Positions 10,132-20,134 of a stretch of DNA of 64,000 bases are shown one piece after another. The notes below the pieces were generated by a model. It was not told the DNA's origin. It saw only the letters and a program-made list of their open reading frames with translations, and did not search any database. How positions within the stretch are numbered: position 1 is the first letter of the stretch; each line of letters opens with the position of its first letter. Origin of the DNA: an uncultured Armatimonadetes bacterium (GTDB lineage Bacteria > Armatimonadota > UBA5829 > DTJY01); assembly GCA_963717145.1 (NCBI GenBank), contig OY970325.1:224001-288000 (forward strand). The letters are read 5' to 3'. Position numbers and translations under genes: made by a program.

Positions 10132-10224
10132 CCGTAGGGGAGGCCTTCAACGGCCTCCCGAAATGCCGTAGGGGCGATCCTTCTACGGTCGCCCGCGGGA
10201 GGGCGTTGAAGCCCTCCCCTACGG
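10132..10224. repeat. Composite GTAG-REP cluster: REP-A, REP-B, inverted REP-A variant
   Basis: CCGTAGGGGAGGCCTTCAACGGCCTCCC (A) and CCGTAGGGGCGATCCTTCTACGGTCGCCC (B). Confidence 0.9.
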
Positions 10225-10242
10225 CGCTTCGAGGAGCGAACA

Positions 10243-11379
10243 ATGGACGTATTCGAGAAACTGAACAAGACCTTTGCCGGCTGGTACGAGAACCTGTTCG
10301 GCGACGCGGCGAGCGATCTTCGGCCGAAGGACATCCTCCGCCGGATCATCGGCGCGATGGAGGACAACTGCAAAGAAGGGCTCGACAACAAGGTCTACGT
10401 GCCGAACAAGTACGTGCTCGAGATCGCCTTCGACTCGGACGAGGAGCGCGAGTATCTGCTCGCCTTCCTCGACAAGGATGAGTTGGAGACCGCGCTCCGG
10501 AAGTACATGTCGCAGAATAAGTACTTCCTTCGCGGCCAACTCGACTTCACTATCGAGGAGATCAGCCGCGAGGAGGGCGGGGGGAAGCTTGCCGTCAAGT
10601 GCCGCTGGGACACGCAGCGTTCGGTTGCCGAGCCGGTGCCGATTCAGTGGGACGAGGAACCGCCCGGCTGCGTAGGGGCGCGCCTTGTGCCGCCCGAGAC
10701 CGAGGACGAGTATACCGTCGCCGCGACCGACATGTACGACGCAAGCACGGTCGCTCCTCCGATCCTGGAGGTCAGCCACGTGGACGGCTCATCCCGGCAG
10801 TTTGCGCTCGCCAAGCCATCGATCAGCATCGGCCGATCGAGCCGCACCGGGAACGATCTCGTCCTGGAGAAGGACGGCATGGTCTCGAAGCGCCACGCAC
10901 AGATCTCACTGGGATCGGACGGCTTCACGATCACCGATATGAACAGCACGAACGGCGTCTGGGTGAACGGCGAGCGGATCGAGAGCCATGTTTTGAAGGA
11001 CGGCGACCTCATCAAGCTCGGCGCGACCGAGCTGGTCTTCCGCGAATCCGCCCTGTCCGCGATCAAGAGCCACGTCGCGGCGGTCGGGGTGAGCAGCCGT
11101 CCGAGGCTGGTCTCCGGTGGCGAGGAGTTTCTGCTCGCCTCCGAGATGGTGATCGGACGCGGGCTCACGAGCGACATAAGGTTCGGCGACCCGACTGTTT
11201 CCAATACGCACGCGAAGGTTTTCTCGCACAATGGGACTGAATTCTACATAGAGGACCTCGGGAGCCAGACCGGTACGAGTGTGAACGGCGTGCAGGTCAT
11301 CCGCGGCTCGGCGGTGCGGCTGAATCCTGGGGACCAGGTCAAGCTCGGAGAGGTGGCGGTGCGTTTTGAACGGGACTGA
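10243..11379 (+). CDS. FhaA-like protein (DUF3662-like N-terminus plus two FHA domains)
   Basis: KVYVPNKY N-terminal domain; IGR..VSKRHA..STNG and IGR..VSNTHA..SQTG FHA motifs. Confidence 0.88.
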   Translation: MDVFEKLNKTFAGWYENLFGDAASDLRPKDILRRIIGAMEDNCKEGLDNKVYVPNKYVLEIAFDSDEEREYLLAFLDKDELETALRKYMSQNKYFLRGQLDFTIEEISREEGGGKLAVKCRWDTQRSVAEPVPIQWDEEPPGCVGARLVPPETEDEYTVAATDMYDASTVAPPILEVSHVDGSSRQFALAKPSISIGRSSRTGNDLVLEKDGMVSKRHAQISLGSDGFTITDMNSTNGVWVNGERIESHVLKDGDLIKLGATELVFRESALSAIKSHVAAVGVSSRPRLVSGGEEFLLASEMVIGRGLTSDIRFGDPTVSNTHAKVFSHNGTEFYIEDLGSQTGTSVNGVQVIRGSAVRLNPGDQVKLGEVAVRFERD

Positions 11380-11482
11380 CATACTCGGATGGGTTCTGAC
11401 AGGGCTGAAGTACGTCTTTCTCGCCGCCTTGTCACTGTTCATGTTCTACCTGATCGGCTTGCTGAGAAGGAGCGTCGACTGA
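11366..11482 (+). CDS. 38-aa transmembrane micropeptide resembling the FhaB N-terminal anchor
   Basis: TTG start after GGAGAGGTGG; MNGTDILGWVLTGLKYVFLAALSLFMFYLIGLLRRSVD; below the ORF-track size cutoff. Confidence 0.6.
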   Translation: MNGTDILGWVLTGLKYVFLAALSLFMFYLIGLLRRSVD

Positions 11483-11487
11483 TCGAT

Positions 11488-11585
11488 TCCTACTCCTACT
11501 CCTAATCGTAATCGTACTCGGCATGTAGTGGCCGTGCCTCAGTGCCGGCCATCGAGTACGATTACGATTAGGAGTACGAGTACGA
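11488..11585. repeat. Hexamer-arm palindrome enclosing a GTAG REP-G unit
   Basis: Arms 11488-11520 and 11553-11585 are near reverse complements; GTAGTGGCCGTGCCTCAGTGCCGGCCA lies between them. Confidence 0.8.
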
Positions 11586-11596
11586 AGGGGAAGCGC

Positions 11597-12955
11597 TTGA
11601 CCGACATATCGACTGCCTGGAAAACTGACAAAGGTCCCCGGCCTGCAAACGAGGATTCGTGCTTCGTCCTGACCCACGACGAACTCGGCGGTGTCGCCGA
11701 CGGACTGCTAGTCGTCGCGGACGGAATGGGCGGACGAGCATCCGGCGCGACCGCCAGCAGACTCGCCGTGGAAGCTGTTCGTCGCACGTTCACGTCCGGG
11801 CAGACCGACGGCGACCTCGGCGGTCTCCTCTCCCGCAGTCTGATCGATGCCAATTCCGACGTCATCCGCGAGGCCGGAACTCGTCCTGAGTTTCAGGGCA
11901 TGGGCACGACGTGTGTCGCCGCCGCCATCAAGGGCGATCGGCTCTTCATCGCCAACGTCGGCGACAGTCGGGGCTACCTCCTTCGCGATGGACGACTTCT
12001 TCGCCTCACGGAGGATCACTCCATCGTCGCCGAGAAGGTCCGTTCGGGCGAGATGACCGAGGAACAGGCGCGCAAGAGTCGGTTCCGCAATGTGATTACC
12101 AGGGCGATCGGCCTCGAAGAGTCGGTCGAGCCTGAGATGAGCGTTACCGACCTCCGACCCAGGGATGTGGTCATCCTCTGCTCGGATGGCCTGACCGGGC
12201 CTGTCCGCGAGTCTGAGATTGCTGAGATCGTCGGCTCGTCCGAGTCTGTGGATGAGGCCTGCGACAGGCTCGTTAAGGCCGCGCTCAAGAGCGGCGGCTC
12301 GGACAACGTGACCGTCGCCCTCATGGCATACGGCCGATCGGGAGACCGCGTGTCCTCACTCGCTCCCGGCATCGGACGGAAGCTGGCACGGATCCTCGTG
12401 CCGGGACTCATCGGACTGGTCATCGGCCTCGTCATCGGCGCGGCGCTGGGCATCGACGCTGAGGATTTCCCACTCCTAAGAGACCTCCATCGTGAGCACA
12501 TACCGGTCGCAGTCCCGTTCAGACCACCCGATCTGAAGTCGCTTGAGTATGGGATTCCGACTTCGCTGCTCTATACTCCGCTCCAGGGCGACGTGCTTCG
12601 CTTCAGGAAAGGACGTCTCACGGTTGCGGAGAAGAATGGCACGCTGAGAGAAGTCGACAAAGCCGGACGTGTTACGCAGGGTCTTCTGATTGATGATGTT
12701 GGACAGCGCACCAGGTTGCTGTCCAGCACAAAGGCTGTAGACTGGCAAGGCAACCTCTATGTCTCGGACCGGAAGAACAAGTGCATCCTGAAGTTCGATG
12801 CCGACGGCAAGCCCCTCAAGACCATCGGCGAGGGGCAACTCATCGGCCCGGAGGCGCTTGTCGTCGACAAGAACGGCGACATCTACGTCATCGACGGCGG
12901 CCGGCTCAAGGTCATCCATCCCAAGCCTGTCCCATCGGTCCCATCCGTCCCATAG
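11597..12955 (+). CDS. PP2C/PstP-type Ser/Thr phosphatase with TM helix and C-terminal NHL-like repeats
   Basis: NEDS, VADGMGG, NVGDSRGY, LCSDGL, DNVT; TM helix; AVDWQGNLYVSD. TTG start inferred. Confidence 0.9.
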   Translation: MTDISTAWKTDKGPRPANEDSCFVLTHDELGGVADGLLVVADGMGGRASGATASRLAVEAVRRTFTSGQTDGDLGGLLSRSLIDANSDVIREAGTRPEFQGMGTTCVAAAIKGDRLFIANVGDSRGYLLRDGRLLRLTEDHSIVAEKVRSGEMTEEQARKSRFRNVITRAIGLEESVEPEMSVTDLRPRDVVILCSDGLTGPVRESEIAEIVGSSESVDEACDRLVKAALKSGGSDNVTVALMAYGRSGDRVSSLAPGIGRKLARILVPGLIGLVIGLVIGAALGIDAEDFPLLRDLHREHIPVAVPFRPPDLKSLEYGIPTSLLYTPLQGDVLRFRKGRLTVAEKNGTLREVDKAGRVTQGLLIDDVGQRTRLLSSTKAVDWQGNLYVSDRKNKCILKFDADGKPLKTIGEGQLIGPEALVVDKNGDIYVIDGGRLKVIHPKPVPSVPSVP

Positions 12956-12962
12956 GTCCCAT
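12928..12962. repeat. Nonamer tandem repeat (GTCCCATNN x4) spanning the PP2C stop
   Basis: gtcccatcg gtcccatcc gtcccatag gtcccatt; encodes PSVPSVP and the stop. Confidence 0.7.
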
Positions 12963-12963
12963 T

Positions 12964-14598
12964 ATGGCACTCGGTAAGATCGGAAAATACGAAAAACTCG
13001 ACGTACTCGGGCACGGCGCCTCGGGGATAGTTTACCTCGCGTGGGACACCATGCTCCGCAAGCAGGTCGCGCTCAAGGAGATCAACCTCATGGCGGGCGA
13101 AGAGGGGCGATTCCTCGAGGAGGCGCGCGTTCTCGATCGACTGCGCCATCCGAATATCGTCCGGGTGAACGGCGTCGATCGGGTGGACGGCCACGTCATC
13201 ATCGACATGGAATACGTCAAGGGCCCGAACCTCCAGGAGACCATGCGCCGGCATGGGAAGCTAAGTCTCGGCCAGGCGCTCAGCATCGCCATCCAGCTCT
13301 GCGATGCCCTCCATTTCGCCCACGAGAACCACATCGTCCATCGAGACGTCAAGCCGGGAAACGTGCTCATCTCGAACGAAGGCCAGGCGAAGATCGTCGA
13401 TTTCGGGCTCGCGGAGATCCTCGGCAGCGGTTCGTATGCCGGCGGCGCGGGGACGTATGCCTACATGGCGCCCGAGGACTTCGAGGAGGAGGAGCGGTCG
13501 GATCACCGGTCGGACATCTGGTCGGTCGGGGTCACGCTCTACGAGATGCTCACCAGCAAGCGTCCCTTCCAGGCTTCGAAGTCGAAGGACCCGTTCGCCT
13601 GGAAGCGGGCCGTCGATGAGGATGCGCCCACAGCGCTGACCGAGATCGATCCGTCGATCCCGAGCGAACTTGAGCAGGTTATATCGAAAGCTTTGGCGAA
13701 GAACAAGTATGAAAGATATCAGTCCGCAGGTGAAATGGCGGACGATCTGAGGCGGATCGCGTCTCGCGCCGGGATAGATCTCGCTCACTCGTCCTCTGTT
13801 GTAGGAGCGGATTCCGATCCGCGATGTGACCCCATCGCGGATCGGAATCCGCTCCTACAACAGAGGACACCGGAGGAAGAGGTTCCCGAGATCGTGCTCT
13901 CGCCCGATTTCCTCGATTTCGGCAAGGTGCGGAAGGGCGAGACGACGAATCGCTGCCTGACCGTGCGCGTGCCGGGTCGCGGTCGGATCAATGGCCGGAT
14001 AGCGTCTCAGCCGGGATGGCTGACGGTATCGCCGCAGGCGTTCAACCGACGGAAGCAGTCGCTGACCGTCACGGCGCAGACCGACAGCATCTTTCGTCCG
14101 GGGCTCTACGAGGAGCCGCTCACCCTCGAGGTCGAGGGACGGCAGGTCAAGGTACCGACCGGCGTGGAGGTGCTCGCGCCGAGGCGTCAGTTCTACGAGA
14201 CCGCCTGGTGGTACATGCCGCTGCTGATTGGATGCGCGGCGCCGGTGATCGTCGAGTCGATCGTGGGCAAGTCCCTGAGCGCGCCGGCGCTCGTGACCAT
14301 GGGCCTGCTCGCGGTGATGCTGTTCATCATCAGTATCGTTGCCGACCTGGGGATCGTCGAGAAGCTGCTCCCGGGCTTGATCGCGGCGGTCGGCTTCGGC
14401 GCATTGTTCGGGGCGCTCAGGGCGGCATTCGGCCCTGGTGGAAGAATGGACACCAGCCAGGTGATGCTGATGTCGCTTCTCGGCACACCGCTGTGCCTGT
14501 TTGTTGTTTTGCAGCTTTTGACCGCATCGAGATGGCGGTTTTGGGCAGTCGTCCTGGCACTATCCGCCATCATTGCCGCGATCGCGGTGGGGAGATGA
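12964..14598 (+). CDS. Hanks-type Ser/Thr protein kinase with a beta-rich domain and C-terminal multi-TM region
   Basis: LGHGASG, VALKE, HRDVKPGN, DFGLA, YMAPE, DIWSVG. Confidence 0.92.
   Translation: MALGKIGKYEKLDVLGHGASGIVYLAWDTMLRKQVALKEINLMAGEEGRFLEEARVLDRLRHPNIVRVNGVDRVDGHVIIDMEYVKGPNLQETMRRHGKLSLGQALSIAIQLCDALHFAHENHIVHRDVKPGNVLISNEGQAKIVDFGLAEILGSGSYAGGAGTYAYMAPEDFEEEERSDHRSDIWSVGVTLYEMLTSKRPFQASKSKDPFAWKRAVDEDAPTALTEIDPSIPSELEQVISKALAKNKYERYQSAGEMADDLRRIASRAGIDLAHSSSVVGADSDPRCDPIADRNPLLQQRTPEEEVPEIVLSPDFLDFGKVRKGETTNRCLTVRVPGRGRINGRIASQPGWLTVSPQAFNRRKQSLTVTAQTDSIFRPGLYEEPLTLEVEGRQVKVPTGVEVLAPRRQFYETAWWYMPLLIGCAAPVIVESIVGKSLSAPALVTMGLLAVMLFIISIVADLGIVEKLLPGLIAAVGFGALFGALRAAFGPGGRMDTSQVMLMSLLGTPLCLFVVLQLLTASRWRFWAVVLALSAIIAAIAVGR
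13791..13868. repeat. In-frame GTAG REP-E doublet inside the kinase gene
   Basis: Perfect 36-bp arms (GTCCTCTGTTGTAGGAGCGGATTCCGATCCGCGATG), 6-nt loop, 78 bp. Confidence 0.9.
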
Positions 14599-14668
14599 TT
14601 TGGAGTGCGGTGGCTCGACACCGCTTTTCACCAGCCTTCAAAGCGGTGTCGAGCCACCGCACTCCAAA
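14599..14668. repeat. GGAG-type REP doublet (family H)
   Basis: TTTGGAGTGCGGTGGCTCGACACCGCTTT and its reverse complement. Confidence 0.85.
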
Positions 14669-14677
14669 GGAGTGAAT

Positions 14678-16108
14678 ATGAAGAGCAAATACCTCGTTCG
14701 AGGGATTATCGTCCTTGCGATACTGTACGCGATCGGCATGGGGATCGCGCGCCAGGTTCAGGTGGGTCGTCTGGCAGAGCAGCTCAAGACCGGCTCGCAG
14801 GAGCAGAAAGTGGTTGCCGCGCGCGAGTTGATAAGACGCGACCGCCTCTACGATAAGGTCCAAGAGATGACTCCCGCCCAGCGGACCGCATCGGCCAAGA
14901 TCGTCAAGACCATCGGCGGCGAGGTGGCGGTCAAGCAGCTTCTCGTCCTCCTGAAGGATGCCGACGCCGGCGTCAGGACGGAGGTCACCACCGCACTGAT
15001 CGCGATCGGCGGCGATCATATAAGGCTGCTGGTCCCGGCGATGAAAGATTCGGACATCAATGTGAACACCGGCGCCGCCAATGCGCTCGTGGGAATCGGC
15101 CCCAAGGTCGTCCCCCAGGTGCAGAAGGCCGCGAGGGATGCGACCCTCCGAGTCCCCGCGATCGGCGTGCTCGTGAGAGTCGGCGCGCCGAGTGTCCCGG
15201 CCGTGGTCGAGCTGCTTGCCGCGGATGACCAGGACCTGCGCATGGCGGCTGCGGATGCGCTGGGCAAGATTGGCAGCAAGGACGGCACTATGGCGCTTCT
15301 GAAGAGCACCGGCGACATCGCAGCCGTCCGCAGAGTCGCGATCAGCTCCCTGTGCACGATCTGCGATCCGCGCTCGACCGACCTTCTGGTCGAGGTGCTT
15401 GGCAAGACAACCGATGACGGCGAGGTCCGTGCTCGTGCAGCCCGGGCACTCAGCGTCATCGGCGGTGGCAAGGCGCTTTCGGCTCTTGTCGGCGCACTCG
15501 GTGACCTCGACCTCAAGGTTCGGACGTCGGTGATCACCGGACTCCAGGTAATGGGCAACCCGGCGGTCGGTCCGGTCGTTGCAGCGATGGCCGGCGGATC
15601 GAGCGATGTCAGGTACGCGGGCGCTGCGGTTTTGGAGAAGATCGAATCCCCGTCTGCGATGTCGGCCCTGCTCACGCTTTCGAAGGATGCCGATCCGATG
15701 ATCAGGCTTTCTGCTGCCAGGGGTCTCGGGGAACAACGATCGAACCCGCAGACCGGCGTGCTCATCGGCATGCTTTCCGACTCCGACGGACGGGTCGGTG
15801 ACTCGGCAGTTCTTTCACTCGCGGGACTCGAATCTGCGGTCGTGTCGCCGTTGATCGCGGCGATATCGAGCCCCGGGCAGTCCGAAGTTGTGAAGTTCCG
15901 TGCGGCGACGGCTCTCTCTAAGATCGGACCGGCGGCCGGACCGAGTCTCACGAAGCTCGCCCAATCCGGCGGCCCGCCGTCCGTGTGGGCGGTGTTCGCG
16001 CTCGGTCAGGCGGGCGATCGTTCGGCGAAGGACACGATCAAGAAGCTTGCATCCTCGGCCAATCCCGAGGTCAAGTGGACCGCCGAGCGGGCATTGCAGC
16101 GACTCTGA
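14678..16108 (+). CDS. Membrane-anchored HEAT/PBS-lyase repeat protein
   Basis: N-terminal TM helix; repeated VRxxAAxALGxIG units. Confidence 0.88.
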   Translation: MKSKYLVRGIIVLAILYAIGMGIARQVQVGRLAEQLKTGSQEQKVVAARELIRRDRLYDKVQEMTPAQRTASAKIVKTIGGEVAVKQLLVLLKDADAGVRTEVTTALIAIGGDHIRLLVPAMKDSDINVNTGAANALVGIGPKVVPQVQKAARDATLRVPAIGVLVRVGAPSVPAVVELLAADDQDLRMAAADALGKIGSKDGTMALLKSTGDIAAVRRVAISSLCTICDPRSTDLLVEVLGKTTDDGEVRARAARALSVIGGGKALSALVGALGDLDLKVRTSVITGLQVMGNPAVGPVVAAMAGGSSDVRYAGAAVLEKIESPSAMSALLTLSKDADPMIRLSAARGLGEQRSNPQTGVLIGMLSDSDGRVGDSAVLSLAGLESAVVSPLIAAISSPGQSEVVKFRAATALSKIGPAAGPSLTKLAQSGGPPSVWAVFALGQAGDRSAKDTIKKLASSANPEVKWTAERALQRL

Positions 16109-16120
16109 GCCGTCAGAAAC

Positions 16121-16236
16121 CACCGTCAGTCCTGAGTTCGCCGGTGAATGACGGCGTGTAACGAAGGACGGCTCGGTGCACAAGGCCGTCCTTCGTTACA
16201 CGCCGTCATTCACCGGCGAACTCAGGACTGACGGTG
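16121..16236. repeat. Family I long palindrome (52-bp perfect arms)
   Basis: CACCGTCAGTCCTGAGTTCGCCGGTGAATGACGGCGTGTAACGAAGGACGGC; further copies at 25236 and 28621. Confidence 0.9.
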
Positions 16237-16294
16237 TGGGTTCTCTGTGGGGTATAATCGGGCCAATTGCCGTAATATGCTCAGAATGACATGA

Positions 16295-17899
16295 TTGGTG
16301 GCTGTCGTGCAATCAGATCACTCAAAACCTGACATCAGCGGCTTGTCATTCGACCTGCCTCAGGACATGCGCGAACGCGGCATCCTCGTGCTCGATCCGA
16401 CCCATCGGATCAGCTACGTGGATCCGGGCGTCTGTCGGATGCTGCGCGTCGAGCAGGCAGATCTGCTCGACAAGGACCGCACTGAGGTCATCAGAGAGAT
16501 TCTCAAGGTCGGGTTCAAGGATGCCGACGGCTTCGAGGCGAAGTGCCGGTGGCTCAAGGACCACCCGCACGAGGTGCTGGAGCACGTGCTCGAACTCGTC
16601 AAGCCCGAACGCCGCGTTCTTCACTGGTACAGCGCGCCGATCTTCGGCGATGAGGGAGCGTACCTCGGACGGGCTGAGGTCTACAGCGACATCACGAAGC
16701 GCCGTCAGCTCGAGGCGAGTGTGCGCGAGGCCTATGAGGAACTCAAGGCGACGCAGGATCAGCTTGTCCAGTCCGAGAAGCTGCGGGCCATCGGTGAGAT
16801 CGCGAGCGGAGTGGCGCACGATTTCAACAACACTCTCGGCATCATCCTCGGCAACATTCAGCTTCTGGTGCGAAACATCCAGGACGCATCGGCGGTATCG
16901 AGGCTGCAGGCCATCGAACGAGCCGCTCTCGATGCCGTCGAGACCGTGCGTAGGATCCAGGAGTTCACCAAGATCAAGGCGGAGGAGCCATTCTCGCCTC
17001 TCGACCTCAGCGCTCTGGCCGGGGAAGTCGTCGAGGTGCTCAAGCCTGCGTGGCACGACGCCATGGAGGCACAGGGGAGCCACGTCGAGATGAAGCTCGA
17101 CCTGAGGGAAGGCGCGTATGCCCTGGGTGTCGCCGCCGAGATCAGGGAGGTGCTGGCGAACATCATCCTGAACGCGGTCCAGTCGATGCCCGGAGGCGGG
17201 CGGATCGAGATATCGACCGGCCGCTCCGATGAGTCGGCTTGGATCCGCATCTCCGACACCGGCGTCGGCATGACGGATGACGTGCAGAAGCGCATCTTCG
17301 ACCCATTCTTCACGACGCGCGGAGTCGAGGGCACCGGCCTCGGGATGAGCGTTGCATACGGGATAATCAGTCGCCACAAGGGTGCGATCGACGTCGAGAG
17401 CGAGCCGGGGCAGGGGACGACAATCACCATAACCCTGGCGGCGGTGGAAGCCGCTCCCGAGCTGGACGATGTGCGTCAGCCTGCCGAGGATTCCGGCTCT
17501 CAGCCCGCGAAGATACTCGTCGTGGACGACGAGGAGGCATTCGCGCAGGTGATGGTCGAGATGCTCACGGAATGCGGGCATATGGTATGCGTCGCCCGCA
17601 GCGGACGGGAGGCGGTCGAGCGGTTCGAGGCAGAGCGGCACGATCTCGTGTTCACCGACCTGGGGATGCCGGGGATGTCCGGCTGGGACGTGGCCCGAAG
17701 CATCAAGAGCCTGGCGCCTCGGACGCCGGTCGTGCTTCTCACCGGCTGGGGGAAGACGATAACCGACGATGAGGTGCAGGGCTCGCAGATCGACATGGTG
17801 CTCTCCAAGCCGGTCAACATGGACCATCTTTCGGCGATAGTATCCGAGGTACTAGGCCGTAGGGGAGGCCTTCAACGGCCTCCCGGTGAGGTAACATGA
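16295..17899 (+). CDS. Hybrid sensor histidine kinase (PAS-HisKA-HATPase-REC)
   Basis: GVAHDFNN, NAVQSM, DTGVGM, FDPFFTT, GTGLG; REC domain ILVVDD..TDLGMP..KP. Confidence 0.92.
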   Translation: MVAVVQSDHSKPDISGLSFDLPQDMRERGILVLDPTHRISYVDPGVCRMLRVEQADLLDKDRTEVIREILKVGFKDADGFEAKCRWLKDHPHEVLEHVLELVKPERRVLHWYSAPIFGDEGAYLGRAEVYSDITKRRQLEASVREAYEELKATQDQLVQSEKLRAIGEIASGVAHDFNNTLGIILGNIQLLVRNIQDASAVSRLQAIERAALDAVETVRRIQEFTKIKAEEPFSPLDLSALAGEVVEVLKPAWHDAMEAQGSHVEMKLDLREGAYALGVAAEIREVLANIILNAVQSMPGGGRIEISTGRSDESAWIRISDTGVGMTDDVQKRIFDPFFTTRGVEGTGLGMSVAYGIISRHKGAIDVESEPGQGTTITITLAAVEAAPELDDVRQPAEDSGSQPAKILVVDDEEAFAQVMVEMLTECGHMVCVARSGREAVERFEAERHDLVFTDLGMPGMSGWDVARSIKSLAPRTPVVLLTGWGKTITDDEVQGSQIDMVLSKPVNMDHLSAIVSEVLGRRGGLQRPPGEVT

Positions 17900-17927
17900 G
17901 CCGTAGGGGAGGCCTTCAACGGCCTCC
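17857..17927 (+). repeat. Two direct REP-A copies upstream of the RAYT (44-bp period)
   Basis: CCGTAGGGGAGGCCTTCAACGGCCTCC at 17857 and 17901. Confidence 0.9.
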
Positions 17928-17940
17928 AGTGAGGTGTCGC

Positions 17941-18408
17941 ATGAGCAAAGAGCTGCCGCGTCGTAAGGCGATCCGGATGGATCGAGGTGTATATGGCATC
18001 GAGGGCGTCGTATACCACATCACGATATGTACAGCGGGCGGGCGACCGATCTTCGCCGATGCCTCGCTCGCCAAGGAAGTCTTTGAGAATCTGCTCAACG
18101 GTCCGGTCGCCCGAGAATGCGTTTTGTACGCTGTTTGCTTGATGCCTGATCACATTCACCTGCTGATTGGAGTCAAGCAGACCAATCTCATTGATCTGCT
18201 TGCCAGGTGGAAGACCTTCACTACGAACTTTGCGCACAAGCGAGGCGTCTGCGGTGACATCTGGCAGCGAAGCTTCTACGACCATGCATTGAAAGTGGAG
18301 GAGCATATAACAGAGACAGCCGAGTATATCGTTGGTAACCCCGTGAGAGCTCGGCTTGTGGACGATATCACCGGTTATCCGTATTCCTGGCATCGATGGA
18401 CGGAATAG
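17941..18408 (+). mobile_element. rayT: REP-associated tyrosine transposase (RAYT/TnpA-REP, IS200/IS605-related HUH Y1)
   Basis: PRRKAIR, YHITICT, MPDHIHLL (HUH), WQRSFYDH, YIVGNPVRA; flanked by GTAG REPs; GAGGTG RBS. Confidence 0.9.
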
Positions 18409-18410
18409 AA

Positions 18411-18716
18411 CCGTAGGGGAGGCCTTCAACGGCCTCCCGCGGCCGGGCGGGCGTAGAAGCACCGCCCCTACGGTGGAGGTCGGCCGGGCGGGCGTAGAAG
18501 CACCGCCCCTACGGTGGAGGTCGGCCGGGCGGGCGTAGAAGCACCGCCCCTACGGTGGAGGTCGGGCGGGCGGGCGTAGAAGCACCGCCCCTACGGTGGA
18601 GGTCGGGCGGGCGGGCGTGGAAGCACCGCCCCTACGGTGGAGGTCGGGCAGGCGGGCGTGGAAGCACCTCCCCTACGGTGGTGGTGGGCGGGCGTAGAAG
18701 CACCGCCCCTACGGTG
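18411..18716. repeat. REP-A followed by a 41-bp tandem array of minus-strand REP-F (six full units plus one partial)
   Basis: Units start at 18440, 18481, 18522, 18563, 18604, 18645 and 18686; minus-strand core CCGTAGGGGCGGTGCTTCTACGCCCGCCC. Confidence 0.92.
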
Positions 18717-18733
18717 ATAGTGAGGCATACCGA

Positions 18734-20111
<1,378 letters not shown>

Positions 20112-20134
<23 letters not shown>

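Noticed and set aside
16228-16258. sigma70 promoter for the hybrid kinase
   Set aside because: TATAAT is present at 16253 but there is no convincing -35 at the correct spacing.
17941-18408. Autonomous IS200/IS605 element with TnpB
   Set aside because: No tnpB. The WQRSFYDH and NPV motifs and flanking REPs fit a RAYT.
18440-18716. CRISPR array
   Set aside because: The sequences between the palindromic cores are nearly identical 12-mers, not unique spacers. There are no cas genes, and the cores carry a GTAG REP foot beside a RAYT.
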